DNA of 54,188 nt from a virus. Lineage: Duplodnaviria > Caudoviricetes. Each line of letters starts with the position of its first letter. Position 1 is the first letter of the stretch. This document shows, in pieces, positions 35,383 through 45,206 of this stretch. The notes under the pieces were generated by a model that was not told the origin of the DNA, searched no databases, and saw only the letters and a list, made by a program, of their open reading frames with translations. The position numbers and the translations under genes were made by a program. The stretch spans positions 1 to 54,188 of IMG/VR virus record IMGVR_UViG_3300032770_000026; one strand, 5' to 3'.

Positions 35383-36707
35383 GATTTAAATTACTTATAT
35401 TATTCCTCCTATTCCCCCTTTCCCTCTACTCCCAGGAAACCCGGATAACTCCCTGGGGCATAAAAGATAATTCTTTGGGTAATATGGAAGAAATACGAGA
35501 TAATTCGTTGGGGATGGAACAAACAGAAATTCCAACTTCAGTTAAAAATAAATTTTTATTCATTGGATATTATTCTCATATTTCAAATGGCAAGATGCCA
35601 AATATATTAGGTACAGATTATTTAACTGTTGCGGGAAGTGCAGGGAGCGAAACTTATCAATGTCCTAATAATGCAACATATATTACTGCTGATTCAGATA
35701 AACTTTGGTTTAATCCTACCTTACAAACTGTAACTACTGCCAATCTTATAGGATATGATTTTTTAAGAACAATCGTAAAATATGATGATGATTCACCCTA
35801 TACAATAAGATGGATTGGTATTTTAAAGGCTACCTCTACGTTTACACAATCAGAATTAAATAATCTTTTCAGATATTTTAGGCTTTCCGTATGGTGGAAT
35901 AATTCATTAAATGCCTATGGTAGAGTTAAAGAGAATAGGGGGATAGGCAAAAATTCATGGCCTCCTTATGAAACAGAATCTATTGCTTTATTTGCGCGAA
36001 TGGCAGCCGCAGGAGAACCAGCAACATCAGCAAGGAAAACAATTATTAATACTGCAATTGCTGCTTTAAAAACTGACGGCATTTGGGCAAAATTAGATTT
36101 TTTACACGTAGAAGCTGCACACGGTAATGCATCAGCCAGGTTAAATTGGATAGGAGATGTTTATAATTTAACTGATGGAGTTGCGCCTACATTCACAATT
36201 GATCAGGGATTTGCAGGTAATGGCTCAAGTAAATATTTAAGAACAGGATTTAATCCTGGGATAGCAGGTATTAAATACTCTCGCAATAGCGCAACATTAG
36301 GATGTTATTCCAGAACCTCCGGGGCGGAGACTGGCATATTTATGGGAGCCTCTACTGTTTGCGAGTTTTATGTCAATTATGGAAGTGGTGTATTTTATTT
36401 TTTTGTGAACGGAACTGAACTTAGTACAACCGGATCAACTGGTGCGGGTTTATTTACTGTAGTCAGAGATGGTGCAACTACAGAAAAAGCATATATCGGC
36501 AAAACAAAAACAGACAAAACAAATAGTTCTGTACTTCCTGATCCTGTTGAACTTTATATTTTATGTTTTAATGCAGGCACACCTAATCAGTTTAGTAATA
36601 AACAAATTGCTATGGATTTTGGAGGGAGTGCATTAACACCAACAGAACAGGGACTTTTATATGATATTATGGTAACTGGATATTTAACTTCAATTGGCGC
36701 ACAATGA
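35379..36707 (+). CDS. Fibre/lectin-like protein with signal peptide
   Basis: MRFKLLILFLLFPLSLYS-Q; LKTDGIWAKLD...GFAGNGSSKYLRTGFNP resembles a concanavalin-like phage fibre domain. Confidence 0.55.
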   Translation: MRFKLLILFLLFPLSLYSQETRITPWGIKDNSLGNMEEIRDNSLGMEQTEIPTSVKNKFLFIGYYSHISNGKMPNILGTDYLTVAGSAGSETYQCPNNATYITADSDKLWFNPTLQTVTTANLIGYDFLRTIVKYDDDSPYTIRWIGILKATSTFTQSELNNLFRYFRLSVWWNNSLNAYGRVKENRGIGKNSWPPYETESIALFARMAAAGEPATSARKTIINTAIAALKTDGIWAKLDFLHVEAAHGNASARLNWIGDVYNLTDGVAPTFTIDQGFAGNGSSKYLRTGFNPGIAGIKYSRNSATLGCYSRTSGAETGIFMGASTVCEFYVNYGSGVFYFFVNGTELSTTGSTGAGLFTVVRDGATTEKAYIGKTKTDKTNSSVLPDPVELYILCFNAGTPNQFSNKQIAMDFGGSALTPTEQGLLYDIMVTGYLTSIGAQ

Positions 36708-38401
36708 CAACGATAACAGAAGGAATGACATCAGCTCAGTTTATTACTGCTTTAAATGTTAATTTTGGTTTATTAGCATTCCCCAATTCGTCATTGGCTA
36801 CAATCACAAGCTCATCTGATTTAACGGCAATAAATGGGAATTTTATTATTTTAAAAAATGAAACTTATTTAACTACTAATATTTTTGCGTTATCAAATGG
36901 TATGACGGGTTCAGATTTTATCAATGCGTTAAATTATAATTTTAACAATTTGAATCTGAATATTAATGGAGCGAATGCAGTATTAACAGTCGGTACAGAT
37001 AAAAACTATAAAACTATAAATACAGCAGTCGCAAGAGCGATATCTGGCAATACTTTGAAAATTGACGCAGGGACTTATAATGAACATATTGATTTAAGTA
37101 CAAAAAGATTGAATCTAATTGGATCAGGAACTCTTGAAACAATAATTTATTATACTGAGACACTTAGTCCAACCAATATTTTCTCAACTGTAAGTATTGG
37201 AACAAATTCGACATTTGATAATATAATATTTAGAAAACTCAACAATAACGCAGCAAATAGTCATAAGGAAATAATCTCTATTTCAGCATGTAATCCTGAA
37301 TTTACTAATTGCGAAATTCAATCAGCGCAGTCAGATCATAGATTAGATATAATGCTAATCCAAAATTCATCAAATGTTACAATGACTAACTGTATTTTTG
37401 ATTGTAACGGAGTTTTGTTTGGTGATAAAGATACGCTTATAACAGTTAAGGATACTTCCACTTTTACTTATGAAGGCACAAAATTCAAAGCACAAATTTT
37501 AGCTCAAAATAGTTCTGTTGTTAATATTGATGCTGATGAATTATGGACAGGCACCGGAACAGGGTTACACACAATTGAGGCTAGTGGAACTGCAAGTATT
37601 ACAGTAAAAATAAATACAACTCATCGGGGATTTAATCAGGCTTCTAATTTAGAAATTAATGCATGGACTGAAAAACTTGTACTCGTTTGGCTAGAGGGCG
37701 ATAACACATTTACTCTAAATGGAAAATTAAGAGGTGAAATTACAGTCGATGGTTATAATAACACTGTGCTTATTAAGGATGTAACAGCCGATACCGGAGC
37801 GTGTAGAATAGTCTCAGGAGGCGGAGCACATATTAATACAAATGTAATTACAATTGATAATAGCCATTTAATCTATGATTTTGACGATGTTGCGATTGGA
37901 TTACATAACATTGAAGATACAATGGGCTGTGTTTATAAGCTCATAAATGGTACTATTTTAGAATTTTCTGGCTATCATGGTCATGCTCATACCTATGGTC
38001 AACCCATAGCTAGTAGCAACGGCGGAACTGTCTATATGAGAAATAGTCAGGTTATTCAACATTGTGATCAAATCGATGGTTATGCGATTGCTATTTCAAG
38101 CAACGGCCCAGTTGATATTGAAGATTCTGTAATTACTTGTGATGATTGGGACGGTAATGATGCACATGAATGTTTAATAGTTTCCTTATATCAATCACAT
38201 ATAAATTGCAGACTAAAAAATGTAACATTTAATAATGATACAGGGACTTTGGGTTATGCAGTTTATGTTTACTTAGCAGGTAAAACGCTTGATTCATCTG
38301 ATTATATTTGCGCTTCAGGATTAATCAATAATACCTTGGCGACAAATATTTCAAATGATATGACAAGTTATAATACATTATTAAACCATTGTACGCCATA
38401 A
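36704..38401 (+). CDS. Pectin-lyase-fold beta-helix tailspike/depolymerase
   Basis: TVGTDKNYKTINTAV...IDAGTYNEHI cap followed by Asn-rich beta-helix repeats. Confidence 0.7.
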   Translation: MTTITEGMTSAQFITALNVNFGLLAFPNSSLATITSSSDLTAINGNFIILKNETYLTTNIFALSNGMTGSDFINALNYNFNNLNLNINGANAVLTVGTDKNYKTINTAVARAISGNTLKIDAGTYNEHIDLSTKRLNLIGSGTLETIIYYTETLSPTNIFSTVSIGTNSTFDNIIFRKLNNNAANSHKEIISISACNPEFTNCEIQSAQSDHRLDIMLIQNSSNVTMTNCIFDCNGVLFGDKDTLITVKDTSTFTYEGTKFKAQILAQNSSVVNIDADELWTGTGTGLHTIEASGTASITVKINTTHRGFNQASNLEINAWTEKLVLVWLEGDNTFTLNGKLRGEITVDGYNNTVLIKDVTADTGACRIVSGGGAHINTNVITIDNSHLIYDFDDVAIGLHNIEDTMGCVYKLINGTILEFSGYHGHAHTYGQPIASSNGGTVYMRNSQVIQHCDQIDGYAIAISSNGPVDIEDSVITCDDWDGNDAHECLIVSLYQSHINCRLKNVTFNNDTGTLGYAVYVYLAGKTLDSSDYICASGLINNTLATNISNDMTSYNTLLNHCTP

Positions 38402-38430
38402 TTAATGATAACACTTTATAAACTTATGAT

Positions 38431-38826
38431 ATGAAAGATTTAAAAAAAACAAACACAATTGCGATGTTCATCCTCGCAGGGCTTATAACGACAGGTTTTT
38501 TCTGCTTGTTATTTATGCTCTTTTTTGTTAATATCCCTACTGAGAATAAAGGTATGTTAGATACTGCCGTAGGCGCATTAATCGGTGCTTTTTCCGGCGG
38601 GGTAGTAGGTTACTTCTTTGGAAGTTCTGCCGGTAGTGCTGAGAAAACCCAATTAATGAACGCCGTGTCTCAATCTCAGGAATCAACGCCAAACATAGTA
38701 AATCTAACAACCCCTCAACACAAGGTTTATAAATCAGAGGATGAAATCAACGCTGATTTAGCCAGTGGAGTTTTAACCCAGGAGCAAGCGAACTTCGAAC
38801 TTGATAAATTACGTCTTAATGGTTAG
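38431..38826 (+). CDS. Holin
   Basis: Two TM helices with VVGYFFGSSAGS. Confidence 0.7.
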   Translation: MKDLKKTNTIAMFILAGLITTGFFCLLFMLFFVNIPTENKGMLDTAVGALIGAFSGGVVGYFFGSSAGSAEKTQLMNAVSQSQESTPNIVNLTTPQHKVYKSEDEINADLASGVLTQEQANFELDKLRLNG

Positions 38827-38914
38827 TTTTTTCATAGTGTTTTTAGTTAGTTGGTTATCCCAGGGTGAAGGGTTAGCGCCCCGGGTTTTGTTAAACCTTA
38901 CACAACCTTATACA

Positions 38915-38992
38915 ATGAAAATAAAAAATAAACCGGTCGGCGACGATGACCCTCCAAGGCCACCAAACCCGCCCAATCCATTTAAATTATGA
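38915..38992 (+). CDS. 25-aa proline-rich peptide
   Basis: MKIKNKPVGDDDPPRPPNPPNPFKL, ATGA-coupled to the next gene. Confidence 0.4.
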   Translation: MKIKNKPVGDDDPPRPPNPPNPFKL

Positions 38993-39345
38993 AAACAACA
39001 GTATGCTTAGTATTTATGTGCCTATATGCTATTTATGCAATTTTCGGAGACAAACCATTCCTTTTTAATAGCTTTTGGCGTAGTTTTATTTGGATACTTG
39101 CCTGGGGATTTTCGGCAACATTATTGATTTTAGGGATATCCAAACAAGAAAGCCTATTTGATATTTCAGTCCAGGTAAGCACTATAATTTTACTTACTTT
39201 ACTTTGCGCCTTTTATTTGTTAATCATAAATAAGCCAAAGGCCGAATTTAGTAGGCTTTGTAATTATTGGATTTTAGCTTATGCCTTTGCCGCTTTTGTG
39301 CCTGTTTCTATATTTATAAGTTATGTTATTAAAATTCTGAAATGA
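38989..39345 (+). CDS. Four-TM membrane protein
   Basis: Four hydrophobic segments. Confidence 0.6.
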   Translation: MKTTVCLVFMCLYAIYAIFGDKPFLFNSFWRSFIWILAWGFSATLLILGISKQESLFDISVQVSTIILLTLLCAFYLLIINKPKAEFSRLCNYWILAYAFAAFVPVSIFISYVIKILK

Positions 39346-39563
39346 TGAAAGGATTGAAAGATACCTGGGTTGGATTTTTGGCAGTATTTATTGTGTTATC
39401 AATATCGACGGCCTTTATTGTAAAGGCTATTCAGGAAAAAGCAGATAAAAAATATGTCGATAAACAAGTTCAATCAGTTATCACTTCAGTCTCTACGCCT
39501 TTAAAAGAAATGAATTGCAAATTAGATACTATCATTAACTACAACAAAAATGAACGAAAATGA
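39342..39563 (+). CDS. Single-TM protein (lysis region)
   Basis: One TM helix plus short coil. Confidence 0.55.
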   Translation: MMKGLKDTWVGFLAVFIVLSISTAFIVKAIQEKADKKYVDKQVQSVITSVSTPLKEMNCKLDTIINYNKNERK

Positions 39564-39993
39564 AATTAAGCGGATTGAGGAAGTTGTTGTTAAAACATTA
39601 TGTAGTAAAATAGAAACTGAATTAAACACAAAGTTTAATAATTATTTTAAAGGCGTTAAGCTCCTTATGGTTTCATTAACTACTTTATTTCTTGCCTTTG
39701 TAGGATTATCATTGACTAATATGGTTAGTTTGTCATCTTTTAAAGGTGACGTTCAATCAATTATTGTTGACTTAAAAAATCAGGATCAAAAAAATAGCGA
39801 TAATATAAAGAGCATAAAAGTTGAAATTGCATTACCCGTTCAACTAGCATTAGCAAAGGCCAATATGGTTGAAGCACTGCAAACAAAAGATATGGCATCC
39901 TATTATAAGTACAGCGAAATAGTTACTCAGTTGCAAATTGATATTCTTAAATTTAAATATCCTGATGACGAAAAAACAAGAGGTACTAAATGA
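39550..39993 (+). CDS. Single-TM coiled-coil protein (lysis region)
   Basis: TM helix followed by heptad pattern. Confidence 0.55.
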   Translation: MNENEIKRIEEVVVKTLCSKIETELNTKFNNYFKGVKLLMVSLTTLFLAFVGLSLTNMVSLSSFKGDVQSIIVDLKNQDQKNSDNIKSIKVEIALPVQLALAKANMVEALQTKDMASYYKYSEIVTQLQIDILKFKYPDDEKTRGTK

Positions 39994-40298
39994 AAGCCAG
40001 TCCCTTCATATCGAACCCTAATTTAGATTGTTACGAAGCCTTTTTAAACAATCTAAGGCTTACTATTAATCAAAATCAATTTGATGCTCTTATTTTGCTT
40101 TGTATCGAAATAGGCACCAACACTTTTGAAAAATCTGAGTTATTCAAGGCAATAAATGATCATAGACAAAAACGAATCATCAAAAAGGAGTTTAAGAAAT
40201 TAAGTGGCCAGGTGAGTGAAAACGGACATTTCTGTATTGATTTGATGCTTGCTGAAAAGATAAAAGGATTAATCGAACTTTATTTTAAACCGATATGA
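39990..40298 (+). CDS. GH24 lysozyme C-terminal fragment lacking the catalytic N-terminus
   Basis: INQNQFDALI...IG...FEKSEL...ELY; no E...D/T catalytic region. Confidence 0.55.
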   Translation: MKASPFISNPNLDCYEAFLNNLRLTINQNQFDALILLCIEIGTNTFEKSELFKAINDHRQKRIIKKEFKKLSGQVSENGHFCIDLMLAEKIKGLIELYFKPI

Positions 40299-40717
40299 AA
40301 CTACTTATTAAACTAATCGCATTTAAAGATACCTATACAATAGGCCATCTTTACATTGATCATGAAAATGGTAATATTCAGTACTTTGCGGATACTTTAG
40401 GAGATAAATACCGCGATTTATCTGTCGAACCCAAGGTGCCTAAATTAACTCATATTCCTTGCGGAACTTATAAGGTACATTTATTTTTCTCACCTAAACA
40501 TCAGTTTTTAGTACCATTGCTTCAGGACGTGCCTCAATTCAGTATGATCGAAATACACCCCGGCAACATCCCGGAGGATACGGACGGATGTATCCTGATC
40601 GGCAAAAATACAATCAAAGGACAACTAACGAGTTCAAAAAATACTTTTAAATGTCTCATGGATTGTCTTCAGGATTCAGGGCAAAAAGAATGGTTATTAA
40701 CTATTGAGAAAGGATAA
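40295..40717 (+). CDS. DUF5675-like (L,D-transpeptidase-like fold) putative endolysin
   Basis: YTIGHLYID, IPCGTY, IEIHPGN...DTDGCILIG. Confidence 0.75.
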   Translation: MKLLIKLIAFKDTYTIGHLYIDHENGNIQYFADTLGDKYRDLSVEPKVPKLTHIPCGTYKVHLFFSPKHQFLVPLLQDVPQFSMIEIHPGNIPEDTDGCILIGKNTIKGQLTSSKNTFKCLMDCLQDSGQKEWLLTIEKG

Positions 40718-40721
40718 AACT

Positions 40722-41300
40722 ATGAAAAACTTCAAACCAACTTTAAGCATGCTACAATGGATTCTCATCCTTAGCCTGGCACTATATATTATTTTTTTGA
40801 AACAATGTAGAAAATGCCCACCGACCCAAACCATAACAGTAACTAAAATACTTCCCAGTGATACGGTTTATAAAGAACTTAAGGTTAAATTTCCCGTACC
40901 AATTCTATCAATAAGATACGATACAGTTTGGAAAACAAAGAAAATAGATACCCTGGCAATCTTAAAAGATTATTTCTGTGTTAAATTTATGCGAGATTCA
41001 ATTAAAGGCGATGAAATAAAGGGCACAATCGAAGATTCAATTTATCAGAATAATATTAAATGGAGAAAGGTATTTGCGTTAAATACTCGCAAAACAACAA
41101 TTAACACAACGATTGTCAACAACTGGAAAAACTCTGTTTATGTTGGTTTTTCAGGATACTTTGGAACGGTCCAGGGGTTGGGATTATCTGGTCAATATGT
41201 GACTAAAAATTGGTCTGCCGGTGGTGGCTATGACTTTATTAACAGGCAGATACGAGGTGACTTTGAATTAAATTTAAGATATATTTTTTCTCGAAAATAG
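40722..41300 (+). CDS. Putative spanin-like protein
   Basis: N-terminal TM then KQC, DTV-rich linker, C-terminal amphipathic beta strands; last lysis gene. Confidence 0.5.
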   Translation: MKNFKPTLSMLQWILILSLALYIIFLKQCRKCPPTQTITVTKILPSDTVYKELKVKFPVPILSIRYDTVWKTKKIDTLAILKDYFCVKFMRDSIKGDEIKGTIEDSIYQNNIKWRKVFALNTRKTTINTTIVNNWKNSVYVGFSGYFGTVQGLGLSGQYVTKNWSAGGGYDFINRQIRGDFELNLRYIFSRK

Positions 41301-41339
41301 GTAGTAGTGTTTTTTCTCATAAATTAGGTAGTTAGTTTG

Positions 41340-41369
41340 GCCGGTCGCTGTGAAGCAAACCGGCTTTTT
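41340..41369 (+). terminator. Rho-independent terminator ending the late region
   Basis: GCCGGT...ACCGGC-TTTT. Confidence 0.65.
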
Positions 41370-41376
41370 CGTTAAA

Positions 41377-41476
41377 GGTGATTTAAATCATCTCTAAAGG
41401 GTGACGAAAATCATCGAAAAAAGGTAAAAATAATTGCCTAAATATTTGCACAGGTAATTTAAAATACCTATCTTTA
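41377..41476 (+). promoter_or_regulatory. Early promoter with tandem operator-like sites
   Basis: GGTGATTTAAATCATC and GGTGACGAAAATCATC; TTTG-N20-TATCTTTA; AGGTA-N8-TACCT in the spacer. Confidence 0.55.
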
Positions 41477-41515
41477 TATCATATATATAATAAAAACAAT
41501 TTAATACTTAAAGTC

Positions 41516-41869
41516 ATGAAAAAATACACAATTTACGAGGTCGAAACTGGTGCAATTCAAAGAGGTAGAATTTCTTTTACGTTTGACGGTTTCCAAATTT
41601 TTAACACATTAAAATTTTGTGAAGCAAAAAAACAAAATAAAGATAATAGGTTTATTGTACCTGTTGTTTTTAAACACAATGATTCTATTATTGAAGAAGC
41701 TCCTGAAAACGCAATTTGCATAAATGGGTATCTTGAAAACGGTAATTGGGTTTCTGAGATAGTTGTTTTAACTGATGAACAAAAAATTAAGTTAGAACAA
41801 CTTGCAACCGAATACTTTAAAAAGTCAATTTCTTTTACCGCAGCAGATTTAGTAAGACAAATTTTATGA
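41516..41869 (+). CDS. Hypothetical early protein
   Basis: First ORF after the promoter. Confidence 0.6.
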   Translation: MKKYTIYEVETGAIQRGRISFTFDGFQIFNTLKFCEAKKQNKDNRFIVPVVFKHNDSIIEEAPENAICINGYLENGNWVSEIVVLTDEQKIKLEQLATEYFKKSISFTAADLVRQIL

Positions 41870-42198
41870 AAACAACAACAGTAATAAGCGCAACTTTCGG
41901 TAAGGGCACAGTAGTAAGTGAAGACTTAAAAGCAAAGACTATAACCGTAGATTTTAACGGCATTATCAAGACTTTAGTTACTCGCTTTGCAAACTTAACT
42001 AACGAAGATGGTTTGGCTTTTGAAGGTCAAAAAGTAAAGAAAGTTACTTCAAAAAAGACTGATTATTCAAAATTAACAGACGAAGAATTAACCAATCTTT
42101 ACAACGAAGAAAAAGCAAAATTTACAGGTGCTTTGATAAGCGCAAATAACGATGCAAAAGAAGATCATTTAAAAGGAATTGGACACATATCTAAATAA
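41866..42198 (+). CDS. Hypothetical protein with Tudor/SH3-like N-terminus
   Basis: ATFGKGTVV...ITVDF.GIIKTL. Confidence 0.55.
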   Translation: MKTTTVISATFGKGTVVSEDLKAKTITVDFNGIIKTLVTRFANLTNEDGLAFEGQKVKKVTSKKTDYSKLTDEELTNLYNEEKAKFTGALISANNDAKEDHLKGIGHISK

Positions 42199-42361
42199 AT
42201 AACTATGAAAGCAATAATTTATTTAAACCAAGTAGCAATTAATGAATTTGATAATTTGGAAGATGCTTATTCTTTCACACTCGCCAACGAATGCACTTCA
42301 ATTGAAGTGATAGGACAAGGGATTTATACTATCGAAGAATTTCAAACTGCTTATTCAAATA

Positions 42362-42598
42362 ATGAATTTTAAAATGAGTAAATCACAAACAAGATCAATC
42401 ATAGCTTATTATCTAACTGCTATTGTAAAAGAAAAAAATCTATCTCTTTACCAGTTAGAAAAATTAACCGGATTACCGGGCCATCAGATCAAACCTGTTT
42501 TAGCCGGTGAAAAAAGCTATAATGTTGATACACTTGACAAAGTTTTAAACGCTCTTGAAATTGAAATCGGTCTTAACAACAAAGCCGGTCAAAAGTGA
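42362..42598 (+). CDS. XRE-family HTH regulator
   Basis: EKNLSLYQLEKLTGL...YNVDTL. Confidence 0.8.
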   Translation: MNFKMSKSQTRSIIAYYLTAIVKEKNLSLYQLEKLTGLPGHQIKPVLAGEKSYNVDTLDKVLNALEIEIGLNNKAGQK

Positions 42599-42608
42599 AC
42601 CGGCTTTT
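42581..42608 (+). terminator. Rho-independent terminator
   Basis: AAAGCCGGT...ACCGGCTTTT. Confidence 0.65.
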
Positions 42609-42812
42609 AGATTTTATCCATTCGTTTAATTTTAAGTTAGGCAGGTATTACCCATTAGCCGCATGTTTAATTCCTTTCTTTTTAGTTTATACTAAGTTTA
42701 ATTATCTGCTAAAAATAAAATAATAAAGTTCAAAGTTAATAAATATTTTTGGATTTATTTTAATAATTATTAAAATTTTGTTTATATTTGTGGGAACTAA
42801 AAATCATAAATT

Positions 42813-43193
42813 ATGAAACAAGAATTTGAAATGAGTGAAGAAGAAATGCAAGCAATACTTGACATTTCAAGAGATAACACGCCTGTTATATTTGTTGGTG
42901 TTTGGCTTGGTTTAGACAAGCAAGAAAGAGCTAATAAACTATGGCAAATAATGGCTGATAAATACGGCTTTGTGTGGGATTCCGTAGAACCCTCGGCTAA
43001 AGGAATGAGATATTTTTTGGCAACCCCTAAACCAATAGTTCCGCCTAAAACCCAAGAGGAAATTGAAATGGAAAAATACGATACAATTGGCAAAATTGTT
43101 AAACAATTGGAATACTGTGAATATAAAACAGAAGATGGGCTTCATTCATTAAAAGATAATATCGCTTTTAAGGCTTTAAAAAAGATGTCATGA
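42813..43193 (+). CDS. Hypothetical protein
   Basis: ORF after a TATATTTG box at 42783. Confidence 0.65.
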   Translation: MKQEFEMSEEEMQAILDISRDNTPVIFVGVWLGLDKQERANKLWQIMADKYGFVWDSVEPSAKGMRYFLATPKPIVPPKTQEEIEMEKYDTIGKIVKQLEYCEYKTEDGLHSLKDNIAFKALKKMS

Positions 43194-43369
43194 ACAATCT
43201 CAAGAAAATCTTCAAAAAAAAGGGCATAACTCAAAAATGGCTTTCTGAACAATTAAACGTAACCACTGTAACAATAAACAACTGGTGTCAGAATAAAATA
43301 CAGCCCAGCCTTGAAACCCTCGAAAAGATAGCCAAAATATTGAACATAAACAAAAAGGAACTAATATGA
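43190..43369 (+). CDS. XRE-family HTH regulator (59 aa, not in ORF track)
   Basis: KKGITQKWLSEQLNVTTVTINNWCQNKIQPSLETL. Confidence 0.85.
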   Translation: MNNLKKIFKKKGITQKWLSEQLNVTTVTINNWCQNKIQPSLETLEKIAKILNINKKELI

Positions 43370-44443
43370 ACGATGATATAATTTTAGAATCTGGTAAAAT
43401 ATATTATTTAGATTATGGATCAAATACTCAGATAATTGGTAGGTATGAAAGAAGCAATGTAACTAATCATTATTTTTATGATTTACTGCATTATTGGAAT
43501 GGATACGAAACCTTCAAACATAATAATGAATATTGTGTTAAATCTGGCATCGAGAACATAAGAAGAGCTACTAAAGCCGAAAAGCATTCTTTAATAAGAT
43601 TTGAAATTGAATTTGAATGTATTTAATCGCTTCTAAATAAAATAAGTAAAATGAAAAGGATAAATCATAAAGCGAGGTTATGTGCATTAAAATATCTTTG
43701 GTCATGGGCAAGGGAAGGCAGTTGCAAAGACAGTGATTTTATTATAGATAGAGAAGATTATACTGAAGTTTCCGATGATGATTTATCTTATGAAATGAAA
43801 CGAATTGAAAGACAACTTTATAAAGAAATAAATAAAACACATTTAATTGTAAGTTAATCAATTTAAAATAAAGATATGGGTTACTACGGTCTAATAAAAG
43901 AAACAAGTCGTATCAAAAGAAATGATACAATTGAAGATTTGCACAGAGTAACGCAATGGAGATATTCTAAAGGATTAAGTTATATTTCTCCAAAAAGTCA
44001 ATCGGTAAGAAGTTTGGAAAATGCAGTCGCTTTATCTTTAAAAGACATTGATTTAAATAATTTGCCTGAATTAATTAGAGGTAAATCATTTTATATTAGT
44101 ATTTTACCTGAAATTTTGCTCCCTAACAAGCCAAAAAATAAATTATAAAAAGATGGAAGAAATAAAAAATGACAAAAGTGCAATAGATCATAATCTTATT
44201 GTAGCTGATAAAAAAATCAGGATAGCAAAAAGATGGGATATTAAAATAAGAATGATAGATAATGAATCTGTTGTTATGGAACCTTTCGACATTCCTTTCC
44301 AAAATGCTATTAATAATTTATTAAATGACAGGCAACGATTAGCTAAAAATTATTTTGATACATTGGACCAGGAAATTAAGAAGTCGATTTTAGAGACATT
44401 TGTTTATAATACTGAACAAATCAGACTTTTACTTGGTTTTTAA
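43366..44443 (+). CDS. Four small hypothetical ORFs (43366-43626, 43651-43857, 43876-44148, 44153-44443)
   Basis: Co-oriented, tightly spaced ORFs; no recognised motifs. Confidence 0.5.
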
Positions 44444-44478
44444 TCCCTCTCCCGACGAAAACAAAAATTTAGGAAAAT

Positions 44479-45195
44479 ATGGATGAAATTGAATATGAAA
44501 TTTGGAAAGAATTTGAAACTTTATCAAATTATGATGTTGATACTATTCATAATAATGTGGAAATTCATGAACATTTTGGATTGCCTTATCATGATAGATT
44601 GAATAAAGTAACTGAAAGTGGATATTCTTTACTTGATAAGGGATTTCTATCTGTTGATAGGAAAATTGATAATTTACTAAATCAATCGTCGATAAATTGG
44701 AATGAAATTAAAAAATTATACCCAGAAGCGCCTTATAAATCAATTGATCCGTGGCAAATTGATTGGATTGAAAAAAGAAAAATGCTACATAAAATATTTT
44801 TTGATGAAAAAAAGGCTATAGATTATTTTATATCAAGAAGATGGCCAAATGGTATAATATGTCCAAAATGTGGATGTCCAAACATACGAGATGTTTCAGA
44901 TCAATGGAATATGCATAATGAAAATTATAATATGTTTTATTGTCTTTTTTGCCATAAAACTTTTAGTCCAACAGTTGGGACAATATTGCAAAATACGAAA
45001 ATTACTTATATAAAATGGTTAAGTGCGGTATATTTATTAACTTCCGCTCATTCTAATACAATAAATGCTTCTGCTTTTGGCAGAGCGTTAAATATTACAC
45101 ATCATTCTTCATATTATATTTTTCAAAAAATTAAAAAAAATGTAGGGAATGAATTCTTATTTAGAATAAACAAAGGTTTATTTATTAATACTTAA
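44479..45195 (+). CDS. Protein with IS1595-type zinc ribbon and HTH but no DDE domain
   Basis: RRWPNGIICPKCG...CLFCHKTFSPTVGTILQNTK...W. Confidence 0.7.
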   Translation: MDEIEYEIWKEFETLSNYDVDTIHNNVEIHEHFGLPYHDRLNKVTESGYSLLDKGFLSVDRKIDNLLNQSSINWNEIKKLYPEAPYKSIDPWQIDWIEKRKMLHKIFFDEKKAIDYFISRRWPNGIICPKCGCPNIRDVSDQWNMHNENYNMFYCLFCHKTFSPTVGTILQNTKITYIKWLSAVYLLTSAHSNTINASAFGRALNITHHSSYYIFQKIKKNVGNEFLFRINKGLFINT

Positions 45196-45206
45196 AATTA
45201 ATTAAA

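Noticed and set aside
30638-38401. Diversity-generating retroelement acting on fibre genes
   Set aside because: No reverse transcriptase motifs and no template/variable repeat pair seen; the 87-bp repeat is non-coding and inverted.
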